This document shows positions 6,291 through 14,900 of a DNA stretch of 24,000 bases, one piece after another. A program made the translations under genes and the position numbers. The first letter of the stretch is position 1. Every line of letters starts with the position of its first letter. Location: NCBI GenBank assembly GCA_964514585.1, contig CAZETU010000001.1:120901-144900 (forward strand), in the 5' to 3' direction. The DNA is from Candidatus Woesearchaeota archaeon (lineage in GTDB: Archaea > Nanobdellota > Nanobdellia > Pacearchaeales > GW2011-AR1). A model generated the notes under the pieces. That model made no database searches. It was not told the origin of the DNA and saw nothing but the letters and a program-made list of their open reading frames with translations.

Positions 6291-7538
6291 TTAAATTGCC
6301 TTTGTGGGCGTTTTGTAGCACTTGTTATCTTCTAGTAGCCATTTCCAAACTGGCATCAGAATTATTTCCTTGCTTTCAATTTCAAATTTGTCCTCTTGAT
6401 TATGTGTTAAGATTAGCCCCTGTTTTAGCTTCAATTCATTCATTGCTTCCAGTAAGCCATTTATTTCCCTATCTCTATTTTCTTTATTAAAATCATAGCA
6501 AACCTGAATTGCTTGAATAACTTTTTCTTTCTCTTTAACTATAAAATCACATTCTTTGTCTTTTTGAAAATAAAATATTTCTTTGTATTTTTTTCTTAGA
6601 TTTAGGAATACTTCATTTTCTAGCATTTTCCCTTTATCTTTTGAAAAGGAAACTGAGTTAGCATAAGAGAGTCCATTATCTATGGAATAGACTTTTTTTG
6701 GATTAACTTGCTGTTTTTTGTAGGAGTAGCTAAATTTAGGTATTGTGAAAATTAAATAAGAATCCTCCAAGTAAGAAATATAGTCTATGATTGTTTGGAC
6801 TGATTTGACTTCTAACATTTTTTTAAGAGAGTTTGCGGAGAATTCTTTTCCAACATTACTTAATAAATAAATTGCTAATTTATTTAGTATAGCGGTATTT
6901 TTAATCCCAAACCTATTGACTATGTCTCTCATTAAAACATCTCTTAATAATTCATGCAAGAGAGTTTCGTCATCATCTTTTAAGAATTCTGGAAATCCTC
7001 CTTTGTATAAATAATCTGAATAAGATTTTTCATTTGGTTTCTGCTTGGAGAATCTTAAAAATTCAGTATAAGAAAATGGAAAGAGCTCGTAGCTTAAGTG
7101 TCTTCCAGTAAGTCTTGTCCCAAGTTCTCGGCTTAGAAGTGATGCATTTGAACCTGTTATCATTACTTTGTTTTTTCTGTCCACTAAATATCTAATGAAT
7201 TTTTCCCATTTGTCAATATTTTGAATCTCATCAAAAAAGTAAACTCCTCCAGCGCCATAAATTTCATTAAAAATTTCTTCTGCGATATTGAAATCTGTTA
7301 GCTTAAAACCTTCTAGTCTAGGGTCTTCAAGATTTAGATAATAAAAAACTTTTTGTCCTTTTAGAATTTGATTCAGAAGGGTGCTCTTTCCGCATCTTCT
7401 AATCCCTGCAACAACTAAGGCAAAGGACTTATTCAATTTTATTTCTTCAGTCTTTTCTCTAGAGATACCTTTTTCAGTTGATTCTACCCATTTTCTTTGT
7501 TCTTTTATTACTTTGGTTAGGTCTTCTTTTGTTATCAT
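6291..7538 (-). CDS. AAA ATPase with C-terminal DUF4143-like domain
   Basis: 415 aa; Walker A VVAGIRRCGKSTLL, Walker B GVYFFDEIQNI, sensor MITGSNASLLSRELGTRLTGRHLSYELFPFSYTEFL, C-terminal FYFQKDKECDFIV. Confidence 0.9.
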   Translation of the reverse strand: MITKEDLTKVIKEQRKWVESTEKGISREKTEEIKLNKSFALVVAGIRRCGKSTLLNQILKGQKVFYYLNLEDPRLEGFKLTDFNIAEEIFNEIYGAGGVYFFDEIQNIDKWEKFIRYLVDRKNKVMITGSNASLLSRELGTRLTGRHLSYELFPFSYTEFLRFSKQKPNEKSYSDYLYKGGFPEFLKDDDETLLHELLRDVLMRDIVNRFGIKNTAILNKLAIYLLSNVGKEFSANSLKKMLEVKSVQTIIDYISYLEDSYLIFTIPKFSYSYKKQQVNPKKVYSIDNGLSYANSVSFSKDKGKMLENEVFLNLRKKYKEIFYFQKDKECDFIVKEKEKVIQAIQVCYDFNKENRDREINGLLEAMNELKLKQGLILTHNQEDKFEIESKEIILMPVWKWLLEDNKCYKTPTKAI

Positions 7539-7562
7539 GTTTTATATAAGATATTTAATTTT

Positions 7563-7618
7563 ATAAAGGTTTCTATTGGGAATGGAAACTTCTTTCTATT
7601 GGGAATGGAAACCTTTAT
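7563..7618. promoter_or_regulatory. Tandem + inverted repeat overlapping the ATPase promoter
   Basis: Two exact copies of TTTCTATTGGGAATGGAAAC (7570..7589, 7593..7612; period 23) bounded by ATAAAGGTTTC / GAAACCTTTAT. Confidence 0.6.
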
Positions 7619-7753
7619 GTTAACTCTATCCCCTCCCCTAAGCCCCCCACGTCAGTACTATCATACATACATATTATGCCGACTGACTCTTTGGTAATTT
7701 TGTTTAATTTTCATCGACGATAAACTCTGTCCTACACCCAAGAAATCGGAGTC

Positions 7754-8647
7754 CTATTTTTGGGCTTTTTTTGCTAATTTTACTAGCTTATCTAGCCTCG
7801 ATTTTACATATCTTTTGTCAACTGCATCACCATATTTTTTATATTTTTTCACCTTATTTCTATCCGTCACAACGAAAAACCACTTATCATAATTTTCCAA
7901 AACTTTCAGCTTCTCTTTCATCCTACTAATTTTAGAAAAGATGGAACCCGTTTCAATTTCAATCGCAAATCTCTTTCCACGAATTTCAAAAACAATATCC
8001 GGTTTTTTAGTCACAAATAATTCCGTTTCAATCCCATTCTTTTCTAAGAACTCAGAAATATTCTTAGTTAGAAATAGGTGAGTAAAACTTTCATTATGTC
8101 TTGGGAGCAAAAGAAAGTCTTCCATTTTCCCATTCAAGAGATTTTTATATTTTTTAATTTGATAATCATCATTCAAGAGATATTTGACTTCGTGTTTGGT
8201 TATATTTTTCTTATGAAAATATCTTTTATCTGAATCAACTTTTATATTCACACTTCTTCGATAGGTTCCAATAGGCAGAGGTTTATATGGTTCTTCATCT
8301 TCAGTCTCTTCAGAGTCTAATTCTTCATTTTTATCATCCACAGCATATTCTAAATTTACTTTCCCAATTTTCTTCTTCGGCATTTTCTTAATCCTTTCTT
8401 TTTCCTCAAGTTCCCATTTTTTATAATTTCTACGCGATTTGTAACGGAAAAATATTAAGAGGATTATTCCAAGAAAAGCAATAGAAAAAATAGTAATAAT
8501 AAAAATCGGATTAATAATGAAAGAGAATAACTTACTAGGAAATTCTTGAATGTTCTTTTTAATTTTTTGAAGTGGTTCTGCAAGAATGACTAAAAGAGCT
8601 CCTACGGATAATAAAAATGGAACTAATGCGTCGTCAGAAGTTTCAAT
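7754..8647 (-). CDS. Predicted two-TM protein with C-terminal PD-(D/E)XK nuclease-like domain; ATT start proposed (ORF track lists only 7754..8383)
   Basis: Frame is open from 8680 to the stop at 7754. Extension: (I)ETSDDALVPFLLSVGALLVILAEPLQKIKKNIQEFPSKLFSFIINPIFIITIFSIAFLGIILLIFFRYKSRRNYKKWELEEKERIKK-MPKKK.... C-terminal KPDIVFEIRGKRFAIEIETG resembles a nuclease core. AGGAGG lies 7 nt before ATT at 8647. Confidence 0.65.
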   Translation of the reverse strand: METSDDALVPFLLSVGALLVILAEPLQKIKKNIQEFPSKLFSFIINPIFIITIFSIAFLGIILLIFFRYKSRRNYKKWELEEKERIKKMPKKKIGKVNLEYAVDDKNEELDSEETEDEEPYKPLPIGTYRRSVNIKVDSDKRYFHKKNITKHEVKYLLNDDYQIKKYKNLLNGKMEDFLLLPRHNESFTHLFLTKNISEFLEKNGIETELFVTKKPDIVFEIRGKRFAIEIETGSIFSKISRMKEKLKVLENYDKWFFVVTDRNKVKKYKKYGDAVDKRYVKSRLDKLVKLAKKAQK

Positions 8648-9825
8648 CTTATTGCCTCCTGAATATTTCCATAAACTCGATTAACATCCACCGTTATCGC
8701 AACCATCTGCCTTTTCATATTTTCAACCTGAACTTCTAGTAACTCTGACCTATTTTCTGATTTTGTAAGTCGCTTTTCTAATTCTGTTTTAGTTACATCA
8801 ATTAGTAAATCCTCTTCAGAAATTGTATCTCTCATCCCAAGCATTTCAGAATAATAATGAATCTTGTCAGATTTCTTCCATCCGAATCTGAATTTTAATG
8901 CTGATTCGGATTTGTATCTTGGCAACCAATAGCAACAACTGCAATGCCTAAAATCATACATTGTTAAATCAGAATATTTCTGGCCTGCCAAGCTTTTTTC
9001 ATCACCAAATAGTTTTTTAGCAACTCTTTTCAAATAACGATTCACGACTGGCGGACTAAATTTGAACAGATAATCTTCTGTATCTAATTCATTCTCCTTG
9101 ATGTATCTTTTAACTAATTCGGAACAAATCATCAGCTTAATCCTTCTTCCGAAAGTTTTGCTTATTTCATCCCGAATGTTCAACTCCTTAAAATCCTTAG
9201 ACAAATCAGAAACTTTCACATTCATTAATTCAGTTGGAGACCTAATTCCTGTATCAAATAAAAACATCACAATCGTCTTATATTTTGGGTTGCAGTTTTC
9301 GGAGAATAATTTTATTTGCTCTTCATTTAAATAAACCCATTTGGGTTTCTCTCTAGAAGTATCTAAGTAAGTTGTAATATCTTCAACCTCTTTTCCCGCC
9401 TTCCTTGCGACTTTTTGATACCAGTGCCAGAATGCCTTAAACATCTTGACAAAGTCTCGTGTCGCCTTATATTCGCGCCCGTCCTGCCGTCTTATCACTC
9501 CCTTTCTCATATCAACAAAGAATTGGCAGAGTTGTTGCTCTGTCAATTTAGTCAAGTCATCAACATCTAAAACTTCTTTAAATTTTCTAGTCAGAAAAGT
9601 TAGTCTGAGCCTAATCGTATTAAGTCTTATAAAACTTCTAGCACCTTTTTTCGAAGATAAGGAAGTGTTGATTCCAAGTTCCATATCAATCAAGTATTGT
9701 AGAATTATTGACGAGTTAGCTCTGGAGAGGTCAGGAATGCCCCCTGCTTCCTTGACTCTATTTTTCCAACGGGTCAGCGACCCTTCGTGGTTATAAGGAT
9801 CAATCTTCATGGTGTCAGTGTCCAC
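8623..9825 (-). CDS. Tyrosine recombinase / integrase (GTG start)
   Basis: 400 aa; catalytic-type DTGIRSPTELMNVKVSDL, DFRHCSCCYWLP, FGWKKSDKIHYYSEMLG; SAM-like N-terminal domain, C-terminal coiled-coil extension. Confidence 0.88.
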   Translation of the reverse strand: MDTDTMKIDPYNHEGSLTRWKNRVKEAGGIPDLSRANSSIILQYLIDMELGINTSLSSKKGARSFIRLNTIRLRLTFLTRKFKEVLDVDDLTKLTEQQLCQFFVDMRKGVIRRQDGREYKATRDFVKMFKAFWHWYQKVARKAGKEVEDITTYLDTSREKPKWVYLNEEQIKLFSENCNPKYKTIVMFLFDTGIRSPTELMNVKVSDLSKDFKELNIRDEISKTFGRRIKLMICSELVKRYIKENELDTEDYLFKFSPPVVNRYLKRVAKKLFGDEKSLAGQKYSDLTMYDFRHCSCCYWLPRYKSESALKFRFGWKKSDKIHYYSEMLGMRDTISEEDLLIDVTKTELEKRLTKSENRSELLEVQVENMKRQMVAITVDVNRVYGNIQEAIRLKLLTTH

Positions 9826-9967
9826 ATGGACGCGTTATTTAATAATTGTCGAGAACGAAAGAATATAATAGACTGGACAGGACATCTGCTAATTCTTGTT
9901 TTTTTCTGTTTCATTTAGTTTATTTCTAAACAAAAAGTAGTCCCACCAAGATGCCAAAAAGGTAGAA

Positions 9968-10079
9968 TGCGCGGGCGGGGACTCGAACCCCGGTCATTTG
10001 GTCTCTTCATTGAAGGCAATAGATATTCCATCAACTAAACATTTGGAAGCCAAATATTCTGCCACTAAACTACCCACGC
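9968..10079 (-). tRNA. tRNA-Gly (anticodon TCC) with a 41-nt intron (10003..10043)
   Basis: GCGTGGG...CCCGCGC acceptor, TTTGG-CTTCCA|intron|A-CCAAA anticodon arm, CGGGG-TTCGAGT-CCCCG T arm. CTTC/GAAG helix with 3-nt bulges (CAA, AGA) gives a bulge-helix-bulge at position 37/38. Confidence 0.9.
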
Positions 10080-10105
10080 ACAAAATAATCATCTAATTCA
10101 AGGTT

Positions 10106-10438
10106 TTAAAGTTTATTGTTTTTGAAATGTTTTTTCCGATGACAGTTGGAACAAAGGGCCTCACACTTATCTAATTCAGACTTTATTCTTTCGATAGAAA
10201 ATCCATCAGCAACCATTTTAGAAATACCCTCTTCTTTCTTTCCAGTTTTATGATGAAAATCAATAGTAGCAGGATGATCTTCTCCACACAAACAACATCG
10301 CAAAGAGGATTTATGTTTCCGAAACCACGCCCGAATTTCATTTTTACGCTTCTTAACATGGGCCTTTTCTGAAGCTTTATTATTCGCATACCACCTACGC
10401 CTACAATCCCTTCTTTTTTCTAAATCCCTGTATGGCAT
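10106..10438 (-). CDS. HNH endonuclease-like protein
   Basis: RCCLCGEDHPATIDFHHKTGKK...CEALCSNCHRKKHFK: CxxC...DFHH...CxNCHRxxH. Confidence 0.8.
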   Translation of the reverse strand: MPYRDLEKRRDCRRRWYANNKASEKAHVKKRKNEIRAWFRKHKSSLRCCLCGEDHPATIDFHHKTGKKEEGISKMVADGFSIERIKSELDKCEALCSNCHRKKHFKNNKL

Positions 10439-10530
10439 AAAAAATTAAGGATACCAAACTTTATAATAGTTTGGATTCCCTATCCCCCCTCAACAATTAA
10501 CTTTAAAACTAAACATTTTCTAACTATATT

Positions 10531-11541
10531 ATGAAATTTGAATCGTGGTATGACAAAAATTACAAGAAACTCCTAATAATACCAGCAATACTTCTAGCCT
10601 TATCCCTAATATACATAACCGCATTCTACGTCCAAACAGGCGACATCATCAACAAAGACGTCTCCCTAACAGGAGGAACAACAATCACAATCCAAACAGA
10701 TGTATCAGCCCAAGAAATAGAAAATGCAGTATCACAAACACTAACTGATTTTGAAGTCAAAACCATATCAGATAATGCAGGAAATCAAATACAATTAATG
10801 ATTACAGTAGGCGAACAACACTCCGAAGCACTCGAAACAGCCTTAGAAGAATTTCTCGGCTACGAATTAGCTTCCGAAAATTCATCAAAAGAAACAACAA
10901 GTGCATCTCTTTCGGCAGATTTCTACAAACAACTTATCGTCGCAATTCTCCTAGCATTCTTCTGGATGGCAGCAGTCGTGTTCATAATTTTCTCCAAAGG
11001 CAAAAAGGCAAAAACATGGGCAATAATCATAAACATTCTTCTCGGTTTCTTCATGGGAAACTTTTTCCTCACGATTAACCCAGTAGTGTCCGCAATCATA
11101 TTCTTAGCATTTGCAACATTTCTAATCCGAATGTACATAAAAAATTCAGTCCCAGCTTTCGCAGTTATGCTTTCAGCCTTCTCCGACATCGTCATGACAT
11201 TAGCAATCGTAAATTTCCTCGGAATCAAGCTCTCTACCGCCGGAATTGTAGCATTCCTTATGCTTATTGGTTACTCAGTTGACACAGACATACTTCTAAC
11301 AACAAGACTTCTAAAGAAAAAAGAAAGCGTCAACTCAGCACTTTTCGGAGCATTCAAAACAGGAACAACAATGACAATAACCTCCATCATCGCAATAATA
11401 ACAGCTCTTATAGTAGTATTCTCATTCGCCTCAGTTCTAAACCAAATCTTCACAATATTACTTATCGGTCTAAGTCTCGACCTTTTCAACACATGGGTTA
11501 CCAACGCCTCAATAATTAAATGGTACGTCGAAACGAAATGA
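10531..11541 (+). CDS. secF: Protein-export membrane protein SecF
   Basis: 336 aa; VSLTGGTTITIQTD, multiple TM segments, LMLIGYSVDTDILLTTRLLKKK...GTTMTITSIIAI; next to SecD. Confidence 0.92.
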   Translation: MKFESWYDKNYKKLLIIPAILLALSLIYITAFYVQTGDIINKDVSLTGGTTITIQTDVSAQEIENAVSQTLTDFEVKTISDNAGNQIQLMITVGEQHSEALETALEEFLGYELASENSSKETTSASLSADFYKQLIVAILLAFFWMAAVVFIIFSKGKKAKTWAIIINILLGFFMGNFFLTINPVVSAIIFLAFATFLIRMYIKNSVPAFAVMLSAFSDIVMTLAIVNFLGIKLSTAGIVAFLMLIGYSVDTDILLTTRLLKKKESVNSALFGAFKTGTTMTITSIIAIITALIVVFSFASVLNQIFTILLIGLSLDLFNTWVTNASIIKWYVETK

Positions 11542-13079
11542 AAATAACATTTAGAATTTGGTTACTAATTGCATGTGTAATGCTGTCCTTGGTCGCGATA
11601 TTCTCAATTCCCCCAATGATATTTGAAAAGGGAGTAATAGTTTCATCAGTAGAACAAAATTCAACCATATTCGAAAGCGGGCTCAGAACAGGGATGATAA
11701 TAACTGAAATAAACGGACAAACAATAACATCAATAGACGATTATTCATTAGCATTCGCTCCTCTTCAAAATTTAGGAGAAAACGAAACACAAAAGCTAAC
11801 GATAAAAACTGAAACCATAGAAATAATTAATTTATTCACAAAAGACGTAATTAATGATATTTCCGTAGAGAAAATCCCATCCTCAAAAATAAAAACAGGT
11901 TTAGACTTACAGGGTGGAGCAAGGGCATTCGTAAAAGCAGATGTCCCACTTTCAGACACACAATTAGCAGATTTAATCTCAGTATCAGAACAAAGACTAA
12001 ATGTTTACGGGTTATCCGACGTGAAATTCTTCAAGGTTGTAACCTCAAATCAAGAAAAATTGATGGGTATAGAAATTGCAGGCTCATCCCCAGATGATTT
12101 AGAGGAGCTAATAGCAAAACAAGGACACTTCGAAGCAAAAATTGGAAACGAAACAGTTTTTGTCGGAGGAAATGAAGATGTAACTCATGTCGGACGAACA
12201 GGCCAAGACGCATTCATTTCAGAATGTTTTGAAGTAGAAGGAGGTGAAGCGTGCAATTTCAAATTCGTAATCTTCCTAAGCGAGGACGCAGCCCAAAGAC
12301 ACGCAGATATAACGGACGAACTATCAATTAATGGATCCTATCTTAGTAAAAAATTAGATTTCTTTATCGACGAACAACTAACATCTTCATTAAACATCGG
12401 AGCCTCTCTTAAAGGAAATATTGCAACACAAATTCAGATTTCAGGTTCGGGCTCAGGAGCAACAAGACAAGAAGCAATTGAACAAGCAAAAATAGAAATG
12501 AAGACGTTGCAGACAATACTAATCACAGGGTCACTCCCGTACCAATTAGAAATAGTAAAGATAGACAAGATATCTCCAAACCTAGGAGAACAATTTACAA
12601 AACAAATTTTATTAGCTGGGATCTTCGCAATTTTAGCAGTTTCAATAGTTGTATTCGTCAGATATAGAAAAATCAAAATTTCATTTGCATTAGTAACGGT
12701 CTCCCTTTCAGAAGTTTTAATTATCCTTGGAGTGGCAGCATCAATTGGCTGGAATTTAGACCTGCCTTCAATAGCAGGAATCATAGCAGCTATAGGTACG
12801 GGGATAGACTCTCAGTTAATTATTTTAGATGAGGCACGAGATAAACACGAATCGATGGTTCAGAGAATTAAGAAAGCGCTTTTTATCATCGTGACAGCGT
12901 TTACAACAACTTTTGTTGCAATGATTCCATTAACAGGTTTTCTAGGCTTCATGGGCATCGGAGCAGCCTCAGCAGGCCTTCTAAAAGGTTTTGCAGTAAC
13001 GACATTAATTGGTATAACAACAGGGGTATTAATATCCAGACCAGCTTTCGCAGACATAGCAAAACAATTGGAGAATTAA
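11538..13079 (+). CDS. secD: Protein-export membrane protein SecD
   Basis: GLDLQGGARAFVKADVPLS...IAAIGTGIDSQLIILDEARDKHE...FTTTFVAMIPL. ATG at 11538 overlaps the SecF TGA; ORF track start is 11520. Confidence 0.93.
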   Translation: MKITFRIWLLIACVMLSLVAIFSIPPMIFEKGVIVSSVEQNSTIFESGLRTGMIITEINGQTITSIDDYSLAFAPLQNLGENETQKLTIKTETIEIINLFTKDVINDISVEKIPSSKIKTGLDLQGGARAFVKADVPLSDTQLADLISVSEQRLNVYGLSDVKFFKVVTSNQEKLMGIEIAGSSPDDLEELIAKQGHFEAKIGNETVFVGGNEDVTHVGRTGQDAFISECFEVEGGEACNFKFVIFLSEDAAQRHADITDELSINGSYLSKKLDFFIDEQLTSSLNIGASLKGNIATQIQISGSGSGATRQEAIEQAKIEMKTLQTILITGSLPYQLEIVKIDKISPNLGEQFTKQILLAGIFAILAVSIVVFVRYRKIKISFALVTVSLSEVLIILGVAASIGWNLDLPSIAGIIAAIGTGIDSQLIILDEARDKHESMVQRIKKALFIIVTAFTTTFVAMIPLTGFLGFMGIGAASAGLLKGFAVTTLIGITTGVLISRPAFADIAKQLEN

Positions 13080-13080
13080 A

Positions 13081-13542
13081 ATGCATTTTAGGTGGCACAT
13101 CTTATTTGGGTTTGTAACATCTTACATTCTCATTCAATTTTTTAATTTTTCTTTATTTTCAGGATTAATTATTTTTCTAGCATCATGGATGATCGACTGG
13201 GATCATTATCTATGGTATGTTTTTGAAACAAAAGATTGGAATCCAGCCCATGCAATAAGATGGTATGTGAAATCAATCCCAAAATGGCACAAACTTTCCT
13301 TACGAGAAAGAGATAAATTCAAAAGAGGAGTTTTTATTTTTCATGGAATTGGTTTTTGGATAATTCTAATAGTATTATCTTTCATCAGCATTTTCTTTCT
13401 GTGGGTTTTAATGGGCGTCGCCATTCACATGGTAGCAGACATAATAGAATTAATCAAAAGAAAAGAACCCCTATATAACAAAATATTCCCATGTTATGTT
13501 ATACGAAGAAATAAAAACAAAAAAGGATTAAATAAGTTATGA
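13081..13542 (+). CDS. Small polytopic membrane protein, possible membrane-bound metal-dependent hydrolase-like
   Basis: MHFRWHILFGFVTSY...ASWMIDWDHYLWY...FHGIGFWI...VAIHMVADIIEL; conserved-looking H/D residues in TM context. Confidence 0.5.
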   Translation: MHFRWHILFGFVTSYILIQFFNFSLFSGLIIFLASWMIDWDHYLWYVFETKDWNPAHAIRWYVKSIPKWHKLSLRERDKFKRGVFIFHGIGFWIILIVLSFISIFFLWVLMGVAIHMVADIIELIKRKEPLYNKIFPCYVIRRNKNKKGLNKL

Positions 13543-14900
13543 CTAATTTTGTAAAAGAAGAGGTTAAAGATATAAAAGGAATCGCTAGAAGATTTAAGCG
13601 AAGAGATTTTTCCGGGAATACTGGAAAGGTTATAAAAAATTCAACATATCAATTAATGTCTACGTTTGTCACAAAAGCGGGAAGCATTTTATTTACAATT
13701 ATTTTAGCACGATTTTTAATGGGAGCAGAACTTTTTGGGTTATATGGATTAGCCTTCTCAACGATTTTATTTCTTGGAATTTTTAATGATTTTGGGATTA
13801 GTTCAGCTCTAAACTTTTTTCTTTCAAAAAATATTGACAAAAACCCAGGAAAAGCAAAAGGATACTTCTATTATTTGACAAAATGGAAGATTGCATTCAT
13901 GATGTTAACAATTCTAACAATCATATTGATATCAAAAGGATTGGCATCAAGTTATCAAAAACCAATCTATCTTGCCATTTTAGCCGGAATTATATATTTG
14001 CCAGCAGCTATATTTTCAGCACATGTAATCCAAATTTTTACATCGACAAATAATTTTAAACCAATACTCGTCAAAGAAATAATTCTCCAAGTTTCAAGAC
14101 TAACAATTATTCCTTTAGGAATTATCTTCTTTCTTTCTAAGGTAAAATCTACCGACGCATATCTATTCTGGATTATAATTCTTTTATCATCGTGCCATTT
14201 AATTGCGGGGGCCTATCTATATTTCATTATCAAAAAAACCCAGCCATTTAAAAAACAGAATCCAATCAAATTATCAAAAAAAGAAAGAATAAATTTAAGA
14301 AAATTCATATTGCCATTAACAGTTACGGCTCTCTCTGGGACTTTTTTTGTATTTATCGACCAAATCATGTTAGGCCTTTACAAAATAACCGGAGAGATGC
14401 TAGGTTTTTATTATATATCAGTTAATTTAGTATCTTCAATATCAGTCATTATTGCATTTTCTGGCGCAGCAATATTTCCAATATTAACAAGAATAAAAGA
14501 TTCTAGACTCGAAAGAGGATTCAGAAAAAGTAAAAACATAACTCTAATAATATCGATTTTAGTTTTTATTCTTTCATTTTTATTAGCACCATTAATTATA
14601 AAAATTCTCTATGGGACAGAATATGTCGGAGCAATAATATATTTCCAAATTTTGTCTCTTCTGATAATAAGTTTCTCCATGACAAGTATTTATACAGCAT
14701 ATTATATGAGTCAAAAAAGGACAAGAATAATTTCCATATTAGTTGTATTGTCAACCGTTCTAAATATAGTTTTAAATTATGTATTCATAGGATTCGGTCT
14801 TCAATTTAGCATGTCTTACGCAGTCATAGGGGCCTGTATCGCAACGCTAATTAGTCAATACTTATATATGCTAACACTTATAATTTTTAGAAGAAGATGA
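13539..14900 (+). CDS. Polysaccharide flippase (MATE/Wzx-like)
   Basis: 453 aa, about 12-14 hydrophobic segments, STYQLMSTFVTKAGSILFTIILARFLMGAELFGLYGLAFS. Confidence 0.87.
   Translation: MTNFVKEEVKDIKGIARRFKRRDFSGNTGKVIKNSTYQLMSTFVTKAGSILFTIILARFLMGAELFGLYGLAFSTILFLGIFNDFGISSALNFFLSKNIDKNPGKAKGYFYYLTKWKIAFMMLTILTIILISKGLASSYQKPIYLAILAGIIYLPAAIFSAHVIQIFTSTNNFKPILVKEIILQVSRLTIIPLGIIFFLSKVKSTDAYLFWIIILLSSCHLIAGAYLYFIIKKTQPFKKQNPIKLSKKERINLRKFILPLTVTALSGTFFVFIDQIMLGLYKITGEMLGFYYISVNLVSSISVIIAFSGAAIFPILTRIKDSRLERGFRKSKNITLIISILVFILSFLLAPLIIKILYGTEYVGAIIYFQILSLLIISFSMTSIYTAYYMSQKRTRIISILVVLSTVLNIVLNYVFIGFGLQFSMSYAVIGACIATLISQYLYMLTLIIFRRR

Noticed and set aside
6197-6490. ORF 6197..6490 (+) and ORF 7381..7566 (+)
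   Set aside because: Mostly antisense to the ATPase gene; hydrophobic low-complexity shadow translations.
7563-7618. CRISPR-like look of GTTTC...GAAAC units
   Set aside because: Only two units separated by 3 nt, no spacers of normal size and no cas genes; a promoter operator is more plausible.
8623-8680. Programmed -1 frameshift fusing the integrase to the TM/nuclease frame
   Set aside because: The downstream frame is indeed -1 relative to the integrase, but I see no canonical X XXY YYZ slippery heptamer in the overlap, and the AGGAGG with 7-nt spacing favours re-initiation at ATT. Not fully excluded.
9968-9995. Perfect attR copy of the tRNA-Gly 3' end elsewhere in the window
   Set aside because: Searched by eye for GGTAGAATGCGCGGGCGGGGACTCGAAC; no second good copy within 24 kb, only the short ATGCGCGG similarity near 6173.
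10979-13057. Long antisense ORFs opposite secF/secD (10923..11228, 11271..11504, 11765..11959, 12031..12213, 12434..12784, 12860..13057)
   Set aside because: Low-complexity translations mirroring strong SecF/SecD coding regions; no family signatures.
10531-13079. secF-before-secD order as a novelty
   Set aside because: This order is known in archaea and not remarkable.
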